NCBI GenBank assembly: GCA_026023565.1 | Contig: JAPETS010000024.1 | Coordinates: forward strand, 124,001-188,000 | Source of the DNA: Cirrosporium novae-zelandiae | Taxonomy: Eukaryota | DNA length: 64,000 bases | Direction: 5' to 3' | In this document: piece after piece, positions 47,765 through 59,437 of the stretch | How the letters are laid out: each line of letters begins with the position of its first letter | Position numbering within the stretch: position 1 is the first letter of the stretch | Notes under the pieces: generated by a model | Told to the model about the DNA's origin: nothing | What the model saw: only the letters and a program-made list of their open reading frames with translations | The model's database searches: none | Translations under genes and position numbers: made by a program

Positions 47765-48373
47765 ATGTTTTTTTCTTGTTTCAATGCCCTTCAAAGGCTA
47801 ACTAAGAAAGAAAAAGCAACGCCTGAAATCCTGATTCCCGCAGAAGCAACAACGAACCTTCATAGTAACCGGATGCTTCAAGCTCCCAGAACCCGAAAGC
47901 TGATGGCATCTCCTTCTCGAACCGGAACGCCGTCGCGATCTGGTGCCAAAGTCCGTAGAAATCTCTCTTTCGATTCCAATTCCTCTCTCGATATGGACAG
48001 AAATGCCCGTGTTGTCAGCGCCGCTCAAGGCTCAATTCGTTTCGACGATGTCCACCAGCAGCTCGACTTCCTCGAACAATATAAAAACAAGCAGCGACGG
48101 GAAAACGATCAGGATGGAATACGTCAGTATTTCAGGACATATCGATCGGTCAGCGGTGACTTGAAAGAGAAGGGGATTTTGAGTGAATATATGCAAGGAT
48201 ATTGGTTTCTGCAGGGCCTGCCTGCTAGATGCGCTTCTGAGTTGTTAGAAGAGAAGGCATTCGATCTTGGGAGACCCGACACGATACAATTCGGCAAACT
48301 ACTTCTACTTGCTATGAAATGGCTCCACAAGGAGGAGCTGGTTTATGAGATGGAACTACAAAAGCTGGCATGA
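47765..48373 (+). CDS. Hypothetical protein, possibly derived from an LTR-retrotransposon Gag; true start may be later (about 47873 or 47903)
   Basis: Open 202-codon frame. The segment FLEQYKNKQR...IRQYFRTYRSVSGDLKEKGILSEYMQGYWFLQGLP resembles the retrotransposon Gag 'Y...F......L......F..GL' helical region. No pol or LTR seen. Confidence 0.4.
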   Translation: MFFSCFNALQRLTKKEKATPEILIPAEATTNLHSNRMLQAPRTRKLMASPSRTGTPSRSGAKVRRNLSFDSNSSLDMDRNARVVSAAQGSIRFDDVHQQLDFLEQYKNKQRRENDQDGIRQYFRTYRSVSGDLKEKGILSEYMQGYWFLQGLPARCASELLEEKAFDLGRPDTIQFGKLLLLAMKWLHKEELVYEMELQKLA

Positions 48374-48798
48374 TTAAATTAATATCGAAGAGGGCCCAGG
48401 CACCTATTCTGGAAGGGGTCTGTCGTGGGAAATAAGTCACTCCTGCGCTAAAGCCGATTGCACCGCGAGAGCATCATATATTTTTTACTGGTGATATGCT
48501 CACGCCTTAGTGGCGTGGACGGCTCTCCAGGTTATTTTCAAGTCAATCCGCTTTAGATCTTGTAACGGAAGAAAGAAAGAAAGTTGAGAGGAATGGGTCG
48601 CACTACAGACGGAGGCCTAAGGCATACAACTCATCATCCAATTCAACATAATAACAGTACTGTCACGCGTTACGCTATATGATTTCGGTCTACTTCATAG
48701 ACTATAATTAATGAAAGTAAATTCCAATATTCTCATTTGAAACGAAGGGAAAGTCTCTTCCTACAAGTACATCCTGAATTTTGCTTCCCACCTCTTAT

Positions 48799-51700
48799 TT
48801 ATAGCTTGCTGGTTCCAGAAGTCATCAACTCTGCTCCTGCACCCGCAATGCATAGCTTTCCTGTTTCAACGACCTTAGTCTGGAAGATAATCCTGTTTCC
48901 TTCCTTCCACATCTCTGTCCTGAGAGTTTGCCCTGGAATGACGGTTCCCGCAAAGCGTACTTTGATATTCTTGAAAGGCCCGAATTTTTGCAGGATATGT
49001 TTCGCCGAAATGCCGAAGAAACAGAGACCGTGCTGTTGATGTTAGTAATAATCATTAGATGGGATTCAAGTACTCACCAAAATAGGAGCCTTGAAACCTC
49101 CAACTTTAGCAAATTCAGGATCAACATGAAGAGGATTTCTGTCCCCACTCAACCGGTACAATGCTGCTTGCTCTTCTGTTGTCTTCTCCTCAACGACAAC
49201 GTCTGGGTTTCGCTTTGGTGCTTTATATACAGCAGTAGCATTGCCTCGATCTTCACCTTTCTTTGGCCCTCCGAAGCTCCCACTTCCACGAACAAAAATA
49301 GTTGACTCGTTATAGAAGACATCTTCGCCATTGGCATCCTTTGTGGTAGATCCAGATGATAGAATAGCGGCGGCACCTTTGTCAACGACCTCGATCAATT
49401 TGGGATATGAGATAAGCTTTCCAGATGTTGGAATTGGGAATTTTCGAATCTCAAGATATTGTTCACCGTGAAGCAACATCATGGGAGAGAAGTTTGGCAT
49501 GACATCATCCATATTAAAGGGAGCTGTGGCACCAAACTGTGGGATCACACCAAACGAAGGCAAGACCTGGAAGTTGTCCGATCCTTCATAGACCAGATCC
49601 AACTCAGTCCTCTTTGCACCAAGACCAAGATCTGAAGAATTAGTAATATTTCGTTGCTGCTAATAAGATCAACTTACTGTAGAGAATGGCATCCTTTTCA
49701 TCATATTCATAAGCAGTCCCTTCTGCCTTTGCATTCTTTGCTGCTTTAATGTTTTCCAAAATCTTTTTATTGCCTTCTTGGTCTGATTTGTTCGAAAAAT
49801 TGTTCATGACGCTTTGGAAGCTATCCTGGGCGGATTCTGGATGATCGGCTCGAGAGTCAAAGGTGACAATATCCTTCCATGCTTTAAGGACAGCTTCTGG
49901 AGTCAACTTAACATCAACTGGGAATCCATGTCCACCAGTTCTTTGCCATCTTGTCCTTGCTATCCAACCACTTCCAACTTCGAACAAACCTCCAGTAGGA
50001 GGTGGTGGCATTTTGTCTGAGCTAAGCAGAGCTACAAGAGGAGCAACATAATCGGGCTTGAAAGCCTGTACCATTTCCTCGGGCATGATGCTCCGAGTCA
50101 TATTCGTACCAGCGTTTGGAGCAATCGTATTTACCCAGATGTTGTACTTTGCACCTTCGCGGGCCAAAGCACGAGATAATCCAAGAATACCAAGTTTCTA
50201 AAAAAATCAATATGTTTTAATCAAAAAGGTATATAATTGGATGGTCTTACCGCTGCGGCATAATTTGCTTGTCCAAAGTTTCCATAGATGCCACTAGTGC
50301 TTGTAGTATTTACGACCCGACCATACTTTTGCTTAAGGAAATATGGCCATGCCGCTTTTGTCATCTTATAAGTGCCTCTGAGGTGAACGGCAAGTACAGG
50401 GTCCCATAGATTATCATCCATGTTCGTAAAAGCCTTGTCGCGCAATATTCCAGCATTATTGATTAGAATATCAACTCGGCCAAAGGCATCGATTGCTGCT
50501 TTAATCACCACATCGCCATCTTCGGCAGAAGCTTTGGAAGGCACTGCTTTACCCCCAATTTTCTGGATTTCTTGGACGACAGGCATAGGATCCATAAGAT
50601 CGTTGACAACTACGGAAGCGCCAAGCTTTGCAAAGAGAAGAGCATATGATCGACCCAGGCTGAACCGATTAGCATAGTCCAATACAGGGTCTGTAGGACT
50701 TACCCTCCACCCGCCCCAGTAATGACCGCAACTTTCCCTTTCAGGTCCACTGGCTCACCAGGATCATTACTCGATAAATTCTGGGCTTCTTCAAGAAGTT
50801 CCATGAAGTTTGCAGGTCCTTGGGGATAATCTGGCTTTGAAAAGTCGTTTACATCCTTCCATTTTTTGGCGATTGCGCTGGGAGTCAAGCTCGCATCTGT
50901 CTTGAGTAATCCACCTTTGGCCCGTTCCCATCGAAGTTTGGCAATGTGACCGCCTCCTACCTCGAAAATCGAGCCTGTCTCCTGCTTGTTTGTCGGGTGT
51001 ACAAGGACCGCAACCAGAGGCACAACCCATTCGGGTTTAAGATGTGCAAGAACATCAGGAGGCATGATAGTCTCGGTCATACGGCTAGCAGCTAGGGTTC
51101 ATCAGCGCTGTTTAACCATCAGTATATATGAACATACCAATTGGCGCAATGACATTGCAGAAAATATTATATTTATAACCTTCCTTAGCGAGGGTTTCTG
51201 TAAAGCCAACCTGAGAAAGTTTTGCAGCTGTGAAAATTAGCATAGCACAACTTAGAGCCCAAAGGATGCATACCGGAATAATTGCACTGGCCAAAATTCC
51301 CAAACAGTCCTGCTGCTGAAGCAGTATTGATGACCCGCCCATATTTCTGTTTTCTGAAATAAGGCCATGCAGCTTTTGTACACTGCAACCGTTAGTCCTG
51401 CAAAATCGAACAATAGTATGCCCAACCTTATATGGTCCCTTAACATGGACTTTGATGACAAGATCCCAATCTGCATCCGTCATGTTTTTGAAGCTAATAT
51501 CTCGAAGGATCCCAGCATTATTAATAAGCACATCGATTCGTCCATATGCCTTGATTGCTGTATCTATGATAGCTTCCCCATTCTCGACACTGTCGTAATT
51601 GGCAACTGCTTTACCCCCAGCAGCCTTAATTTCATCAACTACAATATCTGCAGCCTGAAAAGGTTGTTAGCGAGCTATTGTCTCGGACAAAAAATAACGA

Positions 51701-51866
51701 ATGCACAAACTTTTGATGATTTTCCTTCTCCTTGGGAAGATCCACCCAGATCATTCACAACTACATTTGCGCCTCTTGAACCGAAGAAAGTTGCATATGC
51801 TCTCCCCAGGCCTCCTCCAGCACCGGTAACAACGACTGTTTGGCCGTCGAAGCGAAGTTCAGACAT
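48799..51866 (-). CDS. FOX2: Peroxisomal multifunctional beta-oxidation enzyme (hydratase-dehydrogenase), multi-exon, C-terminal PTS1 SKL
   Basis: Two SDR domains ([25 protein letters not shown]) plus a hydratase-2 domain ([17 protein letters not shown]). Ends ...[13 protein letters not shown] with the stop at 48799-48801. Confidence 0.97.
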
Positions 51867-51968
51867 GATGTTGAATCCTATTGTTTAAAACTCATACAAG
51901 GGATATTAGGGATGGAGATGGGACGAAAGCTCTGGAGACAGAACAGAAGAAAATATGAGTAAAAAGGA

Positions 51969-52055
51969 CCGAGGTGGAACGTACAAAGTTGATGCAGAAA
52001 ATTGTGACCTTTGTCTTACTTTGCAGCGGAGGTGGATGAGACGCTGATGCCGAGG
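51969..52055. promoter_or_regulatory. Two FarA/FarB-type CCGAGG (CCTCGG) elements in the FOX2 promoter
   Basis: CCGAGG at 51969-51974 and 52050-52055, about 100 and 185 bp upstream of the FOX2 ATG. CCTCGG is the established FarA/FarB core in Aspergillus. Confidence 0.7.
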
Positions 52056-52743
52056 TACGGTTGATATGAAATCCTATTGGCTGTACCGGATAGCAAGAGT
52101 TCTTGAGCTTGATGTCACCTCTTTCACATGTTTTCTGGGGAAGCCAAGCCTTTCATAAGCCTTTGACCTTCTCCACAAATTTGGGATGAACTTTCAGCTC
52201 TCTCTTGTAGCTATTTCTCCAGCATCATTTTAAATAAAACCCAAGCTTAATAGTCACAAGACTGAATTACCACCTTTTTTATTAGACAATATGCATAAGA
52301 CAAAGTATCTAGTCTTTCAAACTTAATCAGATGGTCATTTATACACCATTAATTCGAACATGTGGAACTAGGGCAACAATATCTCCCGATTAGTGTAGTA
52401 CTACTAAGGTACAGGAAGAGTAAATTATACATACACAACCATTCTCCAAGAAATTGACATTCTTTCTTTTCATCAGTACATCCCCGTTGTCATGTACTTA
52501 TATCTTCAAGCCTAATTATATACTTTAATGATGTTTCCGTAAACGGAAACATCTCATTTAGTCTAATTACTGAAATACCGAAGTTCGGCTAACTTTCATA
52601 CCCCACGTCACGTACTAGACACTAGCCCAAGTATCAACTTTGTAGACGATTAGCAATGACAACAACTGTTCCTTCAATCCCAACTTGTTGATAATATCAG
52701 AATCCCAACCAGTGGGTTAAATATATACCCGTGCTCCATCGAT

Positions 52744-53971
52744 ATGGCCATCATCGACGATAAATCAAATATTTGTGTATCGTTCATTCTCAAGGGGATC
52801 CAGGTCCATAAGGAGCGCTATGCTGCTGATTCAAATCCACCTCCATTCTTCCTTGGAGTTAATGGTATTCAGGGTGCAGGAAAGTCCACTTTGGTAGGCA
52901 TTTCTAATGATAGATTATTTGTATTATGGACTTGTCAAATTTCGAATTTCTCCAAAATGGGTTTTGACTATATTTCTAAATTTTATATTGTTCTTTGTAT
53001 TTCTAGAATGCCACGTTAATTGCTTTGAATGATATCATACAGTTCATCTATCAAAGTGCAGGTCAGATTTGTATGTTGATACTCAACTAAATTTTCATTT
53101 CTAGTTTTCTCCCCAAGTTTTCTAGTTCTCCTTCTTTCGGATTTTTTATAAAGCTGGAATAATCTTGCCAACTTAATATGTGCTTTACGTTGACCCTATT
53201 TAGGTCTCCACGTTATACAGCGTACTCCAGAGCGAACCTTATGGCCTAGCTACCGTTGTGTTATCAATTGATGACCTGTATTTAACCCATGCAGATCAAA
53301 AGCAGCTTGCATCCTCCAATTCAAGCAATCCACTGCTACAGCATCGTGGGCAGCCATCAACACATGACCTTGTCCTTGGGACCTCGGTATTCACGTCTCT
53401 TCGTCAGTATCTCCCTACAAAAATCCCACGGTATGACAAGTCTGCGTTCAATGGTCAAGGGGATAGAGTTGATGAGTCTGAATGGGACGTTGTGAATGCT
53501 CTCGGCCAGGAAAAAATTAAAGTAGTAATTTTTGAAGGCTGGTGTGTAGGATTCCGACCCTTGCAGCAAGATGTTATCGAAGCCAAATGGTTAGCTGCTA
53601 AAGAGGCACGAGAAAACGGTATATATATTGGCCAGCTTGGATACAATCGGTTGCAGGATATTATTGCTATTAATCAAGCTCTAAAAGGATATAATGTTCT
53701 TACAGACCAACTCGATGCTTTAATTCATATTGATGCAGAAGATCCTCAATATGTTTACCAGTGGCGTCTAGAGGCTGAACATGTTTTACATCGGACAAGA
53801 GGCTCTGGTATGACTAACGATGAAGTAAAACAATTTGTGGACGGCTATTATCCAGCGTACGAGGTATTCACAGAAACCCTTCGAGAGGGAATATTTAAAC
53901 CAGATATAGGAAGACAGTTAAGACTTGTTATTGGACAAGACCGAAAGATTAAACAAGTCCTAAAGGATTGA
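52744..53971 (+). CDS. TDA10: P-loop kinase, Tda10/D-glycerate 3-kinase-like; 2 exons (intron about 52894-53202)
   Basis: FFLGVNGIQGAGKSTL|V (Walker A), LSIDDLYLTH, LLQHRGQPSTHD, IPRYDKSAFNGQGDR, FEGWCVGF, YVYQWRLEAE and FVDGYYPAYE motifs. Confidence 0.85.
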
Positions 53972-54489
53972 ATTCTAGATTTCTGGGGTCAATGTGTCCT
54001 CCGGTAAACATAACCTGCATGTTGGGATCTTGATAAGGAAAAATTTCAAGCCAAATAAGCATTATATTTTCAGTCTGAAGTATTTTGTCTCGAATCGACT
54101 TCAGGCAAAGCTACCCCTAATATCTCATTATACTAGAGAACAAAGGCAGGCTCAAATAACCCAGCATCCCATTTGTCTCCCAGCTTAATTAATTGTTCGC
54201 TACTCATTTTCACTTTACAAACCGTGACCCGATCCTTATTGTATATTGGGCTAGTGTAATCCGGTCAATCAGCAAACCAGGTAAACGAGTTTTGCTTACT
54301 TTGTTATAGAAAATTTACGGTGAGATTTGTTTTCACTTTCGTTATATTTCTTGACCTGACTGAACACTCCTTACCACCTAGAGCCTATGTAGGACCTACT
54401 TCAAAGCAAGGATTCACAAAATTTACGTATCCCATCATTAACCTGTTCTTTGTCATTTTTGATGATATCTTTCATCTACAAACAACATC

Positions 54490-55916
54490 ATGTCAAGCCA
54501 ATCACCATTCCCTGAACGTGTTAAAAGGCGAAGAATTCTCGAGAATGATAGTACTGCATCTACAAAACCTGACCAACTTCAGCCTATACTACAACGACTG
54601 ACAGAACTTGAAACTCGCGACAGAGAACGCGAGCTACAGATGAAAGAACTTTGTATTCGTGAGAAGAAACGAGAAATAGAGATGATGGAGCTTGAGATTC
54701 GCGACAAAAAGCGTGAAAACAACATCAAGGTTCTCGAAACTATGATACAGGATCAAAGATATAAAAGTATACATTTCAATTCATTGTTCAATTAGATCAA
54801 TCCTGAACAGTATATAGATAACGAACACTCCGTCACAAACGGATGGAATAATCTTGAACGTTCCACTTCTGTTACACTAGGCAGAACATTCCCTCGATGC
54901 CAAGCTATTGAGTGGTCGGTCAACAATGTATGGCTCTTAACTTGTTTTTATGTGATGGAGTTGCTAATGTTCGGTTAAACTGTGGTTGCTCAGCCTTCTC
55001 CATCTCGTGGTCGTGCTAAGCTGGCTTTATCTCCTGTCAACAGCAATGTACCAGAAATCAATGAAGTATCCGAAGAAGAAATGCCCTCCATACCTCAATC
55101 CACCAACTCCTCAATCATGCCATTACTTATTCGTCAGTTAACAGAAGTCGCAGACTCAATCTATCCCGAGCAAAGCTTTAACCTTCGTTTTCTGCGCAAA
55201 TTCTTGAACTGGGACTTAGCTGACTTGGATTGCTTCTGTCATGCCAAAGAAGATTCAGCCGAAATCCCTGTAGGGTTAATTGTGTCTGCTACAGCCAGTC
55301 AGCCGTGTTTACCCACCAAACCTGGCCAACATGGGGCAAAGTTGATTGGAGTTCTTTGTCGTAAACATGATCCAGATTTGCAGCAGAAATTTCCTTTGTT
55401 TATAGGAAAAGGAAGAGACAAGTATATTTATTTCGGAGAGTATCGTGAACCTAGTTTTCCGAACATACTTAGTCTCGAGGAAATGGCGAGACTCCCGGAA
55501 GAAGTGAAGCAAGGCATTTCCTATGAACTCTATACGCAATGTCGAAATTCAATGTCCGGATGCTGCTTTCAATTCCTCAAAGACACACTTTGGCCATACA
55601 CGATAGATGTCAATACAGGAGCTGCGCCCACCCAAGAATTGAGCGCAATTGGCAAGGATGTGAAGACATGGGACATCACAACGGATAAAAATATGTCAAA
55701 GTTGAAAAGCAGAGACTTTGAAGCCTTTCTCCAAGAGGTAAATAGGTCAATCCCGGCATTAATTGTATGCTATTCTGTAACTGACTATTTTGGTAGCCTG
55801 ACTCAAGCCCCAACCCTACCCTTCACCTTGGTTGGCAGTATCTTGAATGCATTGGCTACGATCAAGACTTCTACAACCGTTTGCTTGAAGGTCGTGTGAC
55901 CAATAACCGTATGTGA
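54490..55916 (+). CDS. Hypothetical protein with N-terminal coiled coil and C-terminal DUF6697-like domain; exon boundaries of the 5' part uncertain
   Basis: ORFs 54490-54795 and 54982-55899 lie on the same strand. LPTKPGQHGAKL...FPLFI...YIYFGEY motif; an intron at about 55738-55796 gives the terminal LGWQYLECIGYDQDFYNRLL...RM*. Confidence 0.55.
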
Positions 55917-56565
55917 TGATCTTGCAAGTGTATTGCTCACAAATGACTTTGGGGACTGCTCAAAATCTTTATAAGTATTTAGACTTAAGGTATAGGGATT
56001 TAACTTATAGCTTCCTCGATAATGGAATTTTGTTTGTTGTCTAGGTTACCTAATATGCTGATTCAGGGTTAGCGAATGGTGCTGGTATTAAAATCTGGAT
56101 TTTTATGCGATCAGTTTATTTTATAGATGGCAGTTGGTTGTAATAGCTCCTTTAATACAGGATAATTGAATAATTATACTTGTACAGTACAAGTACTTTC
56201 GAAGGTACAGTAGGTATGTAGATAGGGAGCATCGGAAAATACCGTGGGTTGACGTACGTGGGACCGAAGACCCTGATCTCCTGTACCACATGGAGGAAAA
56301 CCAAACGACCTCCTTGGTCCTTTCAGCTTCAACGTTTCTAGCCTCTCCCTTACCATTTCCTAAAATCCTTAGAATATTCTTTAGTTTCACTCACAATTAC
56401 ACATGAGCTTCCAAACACCAAGTTCAAGTTTGAAGAGCTAGATCATGGGAAAGCCATCTGGTATTCTATCAGATATAGGCCGTCCATTATTTTAGCTTTC
56501 TTTGCGCCTATCTCGCTCTCCATGCCACTATCTTATGCATCGACAACACACTGGCTGTTACGGCC

Positions 56566-58605
56566 ATGAACCCTGGCAGCTCTTTAAATATTCCTGCAGC
56601 CAGCACCTCAACCATTCGGCCTCGCGCTCGCAGACTCATATCAATTGATGATGAACTGTCCACGTTTCCTTCTACAAGAAACGGCGCATCCTCCGATTAC
56701 CGTGACAACGATGCGACGCTATTTCCTGACCGATCAAGATCACCCATACCTAGCAGGCATCCCTCACGATCAACATCAGCCTCCAATTTTAAGAATGCTG
56801 CAGCTGGGGGTATAGAACGACCTCTCGGAGGTCTGAGTTTAGGTGATGGGCGCACTTCTCCATCATTCGCAAGTGGATTATGGGAATCATGGTCATCGTT
56901 ACAAAGCATTGCCTCGACCGTTCTTGGTAGCGATATTCAACACGAGCAGAAGGATAAGTCAAAACCAAAGCCGAACGGAACGATGAAAGCCTTTCAACGA
57001 AACCAGTCATCGTTGCGGAATCATGTGCATTCGAACTCGAATCGTCCAGACAACTGGGGCCCTGCTGGGCTAGGTGATAATCAGATTGGGGTTGGATCAA
57101 AGGAAGAAACACAGGCTTTGATACTAGCACGAAAGAGGGAAGCTTTGCTCAATTCTGAAGATTACACGTATCCAGATTCCCGAGGGAATTACAAGAGGAG
57201 GATGTCTGATGACATACAAGCGGGGCCTATTCCACCATCAGTCGACGAAGATGGAGATGCTCTCATCTATGTCCATAAGGTGAAACCAGAGGATACGATG
57301 GCAGGGATTTTACTCAAATATGCCTGCCAGCCTGAAGCATTTCGAAAGGCCAATCGTATGTGGCCGAACGACAGTATCCAAACTCGGAGAACCGTAGTTC
57401 TACCAGTAGACGCATGCGCCGTGAAGGGGACTCCTGTTCCTGAGCCCGAGCCCGAACCCGGGCCTGCATTTGATCTCCTAGAGGAAGAACTTACAGGGGA
57501 ATCGATAGCGACACCTAAGCAAGAGCAATTCTCATGGGACTCTACGTTCAAACAAAACACACCGCCATCAACAAATCTGTCAACTTCTCCTTTCGATCTA
57601 CCACTACCACCCCGAAGTCGAAGAAGCAGCACGGCGTTATCCTCAACGATATCCTCGCGCCACACCGAAGACCCCTCCCCACCTTGGACGCACGATTCAT
57701 GGGTCCAACTTCCCAACCAACCCTCAGCCGTAGAAATCGCACGCTTGCCCCGTCGCAGTCTCGGCTACTTCCCCCCGTCCCGTCGAAAATCAGTCACCTT
57801 CTCTGATATCAACACGGCACCCACCAACTCCCTCGACCTTCCCCGATCTCAAGTCCGACAATTCCAGCAATCCCACCAGCGCTTCCGCTCCCACTCACCT
57901 CATCCATCGTCATCGTCCAGCCACGCTTACCGCTCTTCTATATCAGCCTCAGCCTCAAAAACCCAGCCCCCAACCCCCTCCTCCCTCACCTCCACCCCGG
58001 TCTCCTCATCCCACCTCCGCCGCCACCACCACAACCGCAGCATCTCCCTCTCGCTCGCACTCACGGGACCCGGCGGCGTGGGAACCCTCTCAGGAAACCG
58101 CACCCCAACCCCCGGCCCCTCCCAAGATAGTCTAAACCGCTTCGCAGAAAAACACCTCCCATCGTTAACCCTCCCCAAAGAATCTAACCACGACCACAAC
58201 ATCGAGGACTTAAATACGGACATGAACATAGATATCGGAAGCTGGGTTAAGAAAGTCGCTAAGAGGATGACAACCGCAAATAGCAGGAGCAGGGAAAATA
58301 GTATTATTGGCGGCGGAGCGGGGAATCTAAGTCGGTATCCCCACCGCAGGGAAGGCGAGGAGGAACCGGTGGGTGATCTGATTGAGTTGGATATAGCGCC
58401 TGGGGGTTGTCGGGAGCTGGAAGTGGGACTTGACTATGAACATAATTTGGATGCTAGATTTCCACCGCCGTCGTTATCGGGGGTAGGAGTAGGGACAGGA
58501 AGGGGTGGTGCGAAAGCCATTAGTGTTAGTGCTAGTGTTAGTAGGCGTGGAAGTTTTAGTACCAGTACCAGTACTAAAAATAAGGGGAAGGCGCGGTTGA
58601 TTTGA
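56566..58605 (+). CDS. Intracellular LysM-domain protein, otherwise Ser/Pro-rich and disordered; single exon
   Basis: YVHKVKPEDTMAGILLKYACQPEAFRKANRMWPNDSIQTRRTVVLP is a LysM. Conserved WTHDSWV and LGYFPPSRRKS blocks; no signal peptide. Confidence 0.85.
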   Translation: MNPGSSLNIPAASTSTIRPRARRLISIDDELSTFPSTRNGASSDYRDNDATLFPDRSRSPIPSRHPSRSTSASNFKNAAAGGIERPLGGLSLGDGRTSPSFASGLWESWSSLQSIASTVLGSDIQHEQKDKSKPKPNGTMKAFQRNQSSLRNHVHSNSNRPDNWGPAGLGDNQIGVGSKEETQALILARKREALLNSEDYTYPDSRGNYKRRMSDDIQAGPIPPSVDEDGDALIYVHKVKPEDTMAGILLKYACQPEAFRKANRMWPNDSIQTRRTVVLPVDACAVKGTPVPEPEPEPGPAFDLLEEELTGESIATPKQEQFSWDSTFKQNTPPSTNLSTSPFDLPLPPRSRRSSTALSSTISSRHTEDPSPPWTHDSWVQLPNQPSAVEIARLPRRSLGYFPPSRRKSVTFSDINTAPTNSLDLPRSQVRQFQQSHQRFRSHSPHPSSSSSHAYRSSISASASKTQPPTPSSLTSTPVSSSHLRRHHHNRSISLSLALTGPGGVGTLSGNRTPTPGPSQDSLNRFAEKHLPSLTLPKESNHDHNIEDLNTDMNIDIGSWVKKVAKRMTTANSRSRENSIIGGGAGNLSRYPHRREGEEEPVGDLIELDIAPGGCRELEVGLDYEHNLDARFPPPSLSGVGVGTGRGGAKAISVSASVSRRGSFSTSTSTKNKGKARLI

Positions 58606-59437
58606 TTAAGTATAAACAGCAGCAGCAGAAAGTGTTAGATTGTGTGTGCATGTGTGTGTGATGTGTGCAAGGGATGGAAAAAGGGGGAAAAAAGGAATCA
58701 AATATACGTTATACACGGTTATTTATTTATCTACGCTATATGCATCAACCATCACCAAATCATTAAATTCAAATTCAAATTCAAATACAAGTATCAAGTA
58801 TCAAGATCTACTACTTTTTTTTTAAACTTTCATTTTCCATATTTCATCTTTGAAGAATGTGTGTGTGCGCGCGTGCGTTTTATCTTTCTTGTTGTGTTGA
58901 AAAAAAAAAAAGTAACAAACATATCATACAACCTCCAACCCCCATTTTCCCCTGTCTCTTTTTTTTATTCTTCTCTTATTTTGCTTTCTTCCAACCCTGG
59001 TCTCTTGTCTCACCTTCATCCTATCTAATCCGTCTGTCCATCCATCAATCCAGTCCAATTCCACCAATACCCCCCCCCAGAGTTTCCTGATATCCTATAC
59101 CTTCCTTAGACCGACATACTTTCCCAGCGCTTGACCCAAACCCCATTGACCTTTATTGTATTATATTTGCCTTATCTTTCTTCCTCCCTAAGTCATCAGA
59201 GGGGAAAATGTGAAAGGGGATATACCAATTCGTAATCATAATTCTGGATATCGACCCATAAACAGATAGACCGACCAACCAACGGCAACCTTGATTATGC
59301 ATTGCATTGATGTGTCCAAACAAACAAACAAACAAACAAACAAACAAAACAAACAAAAATGGAAATTAGACGGACGGATAGATGGATCAGTTAGTAGGAT
59401 GGATAAACCAGTTTGCATGTAAAGGTCCCATACTCGT

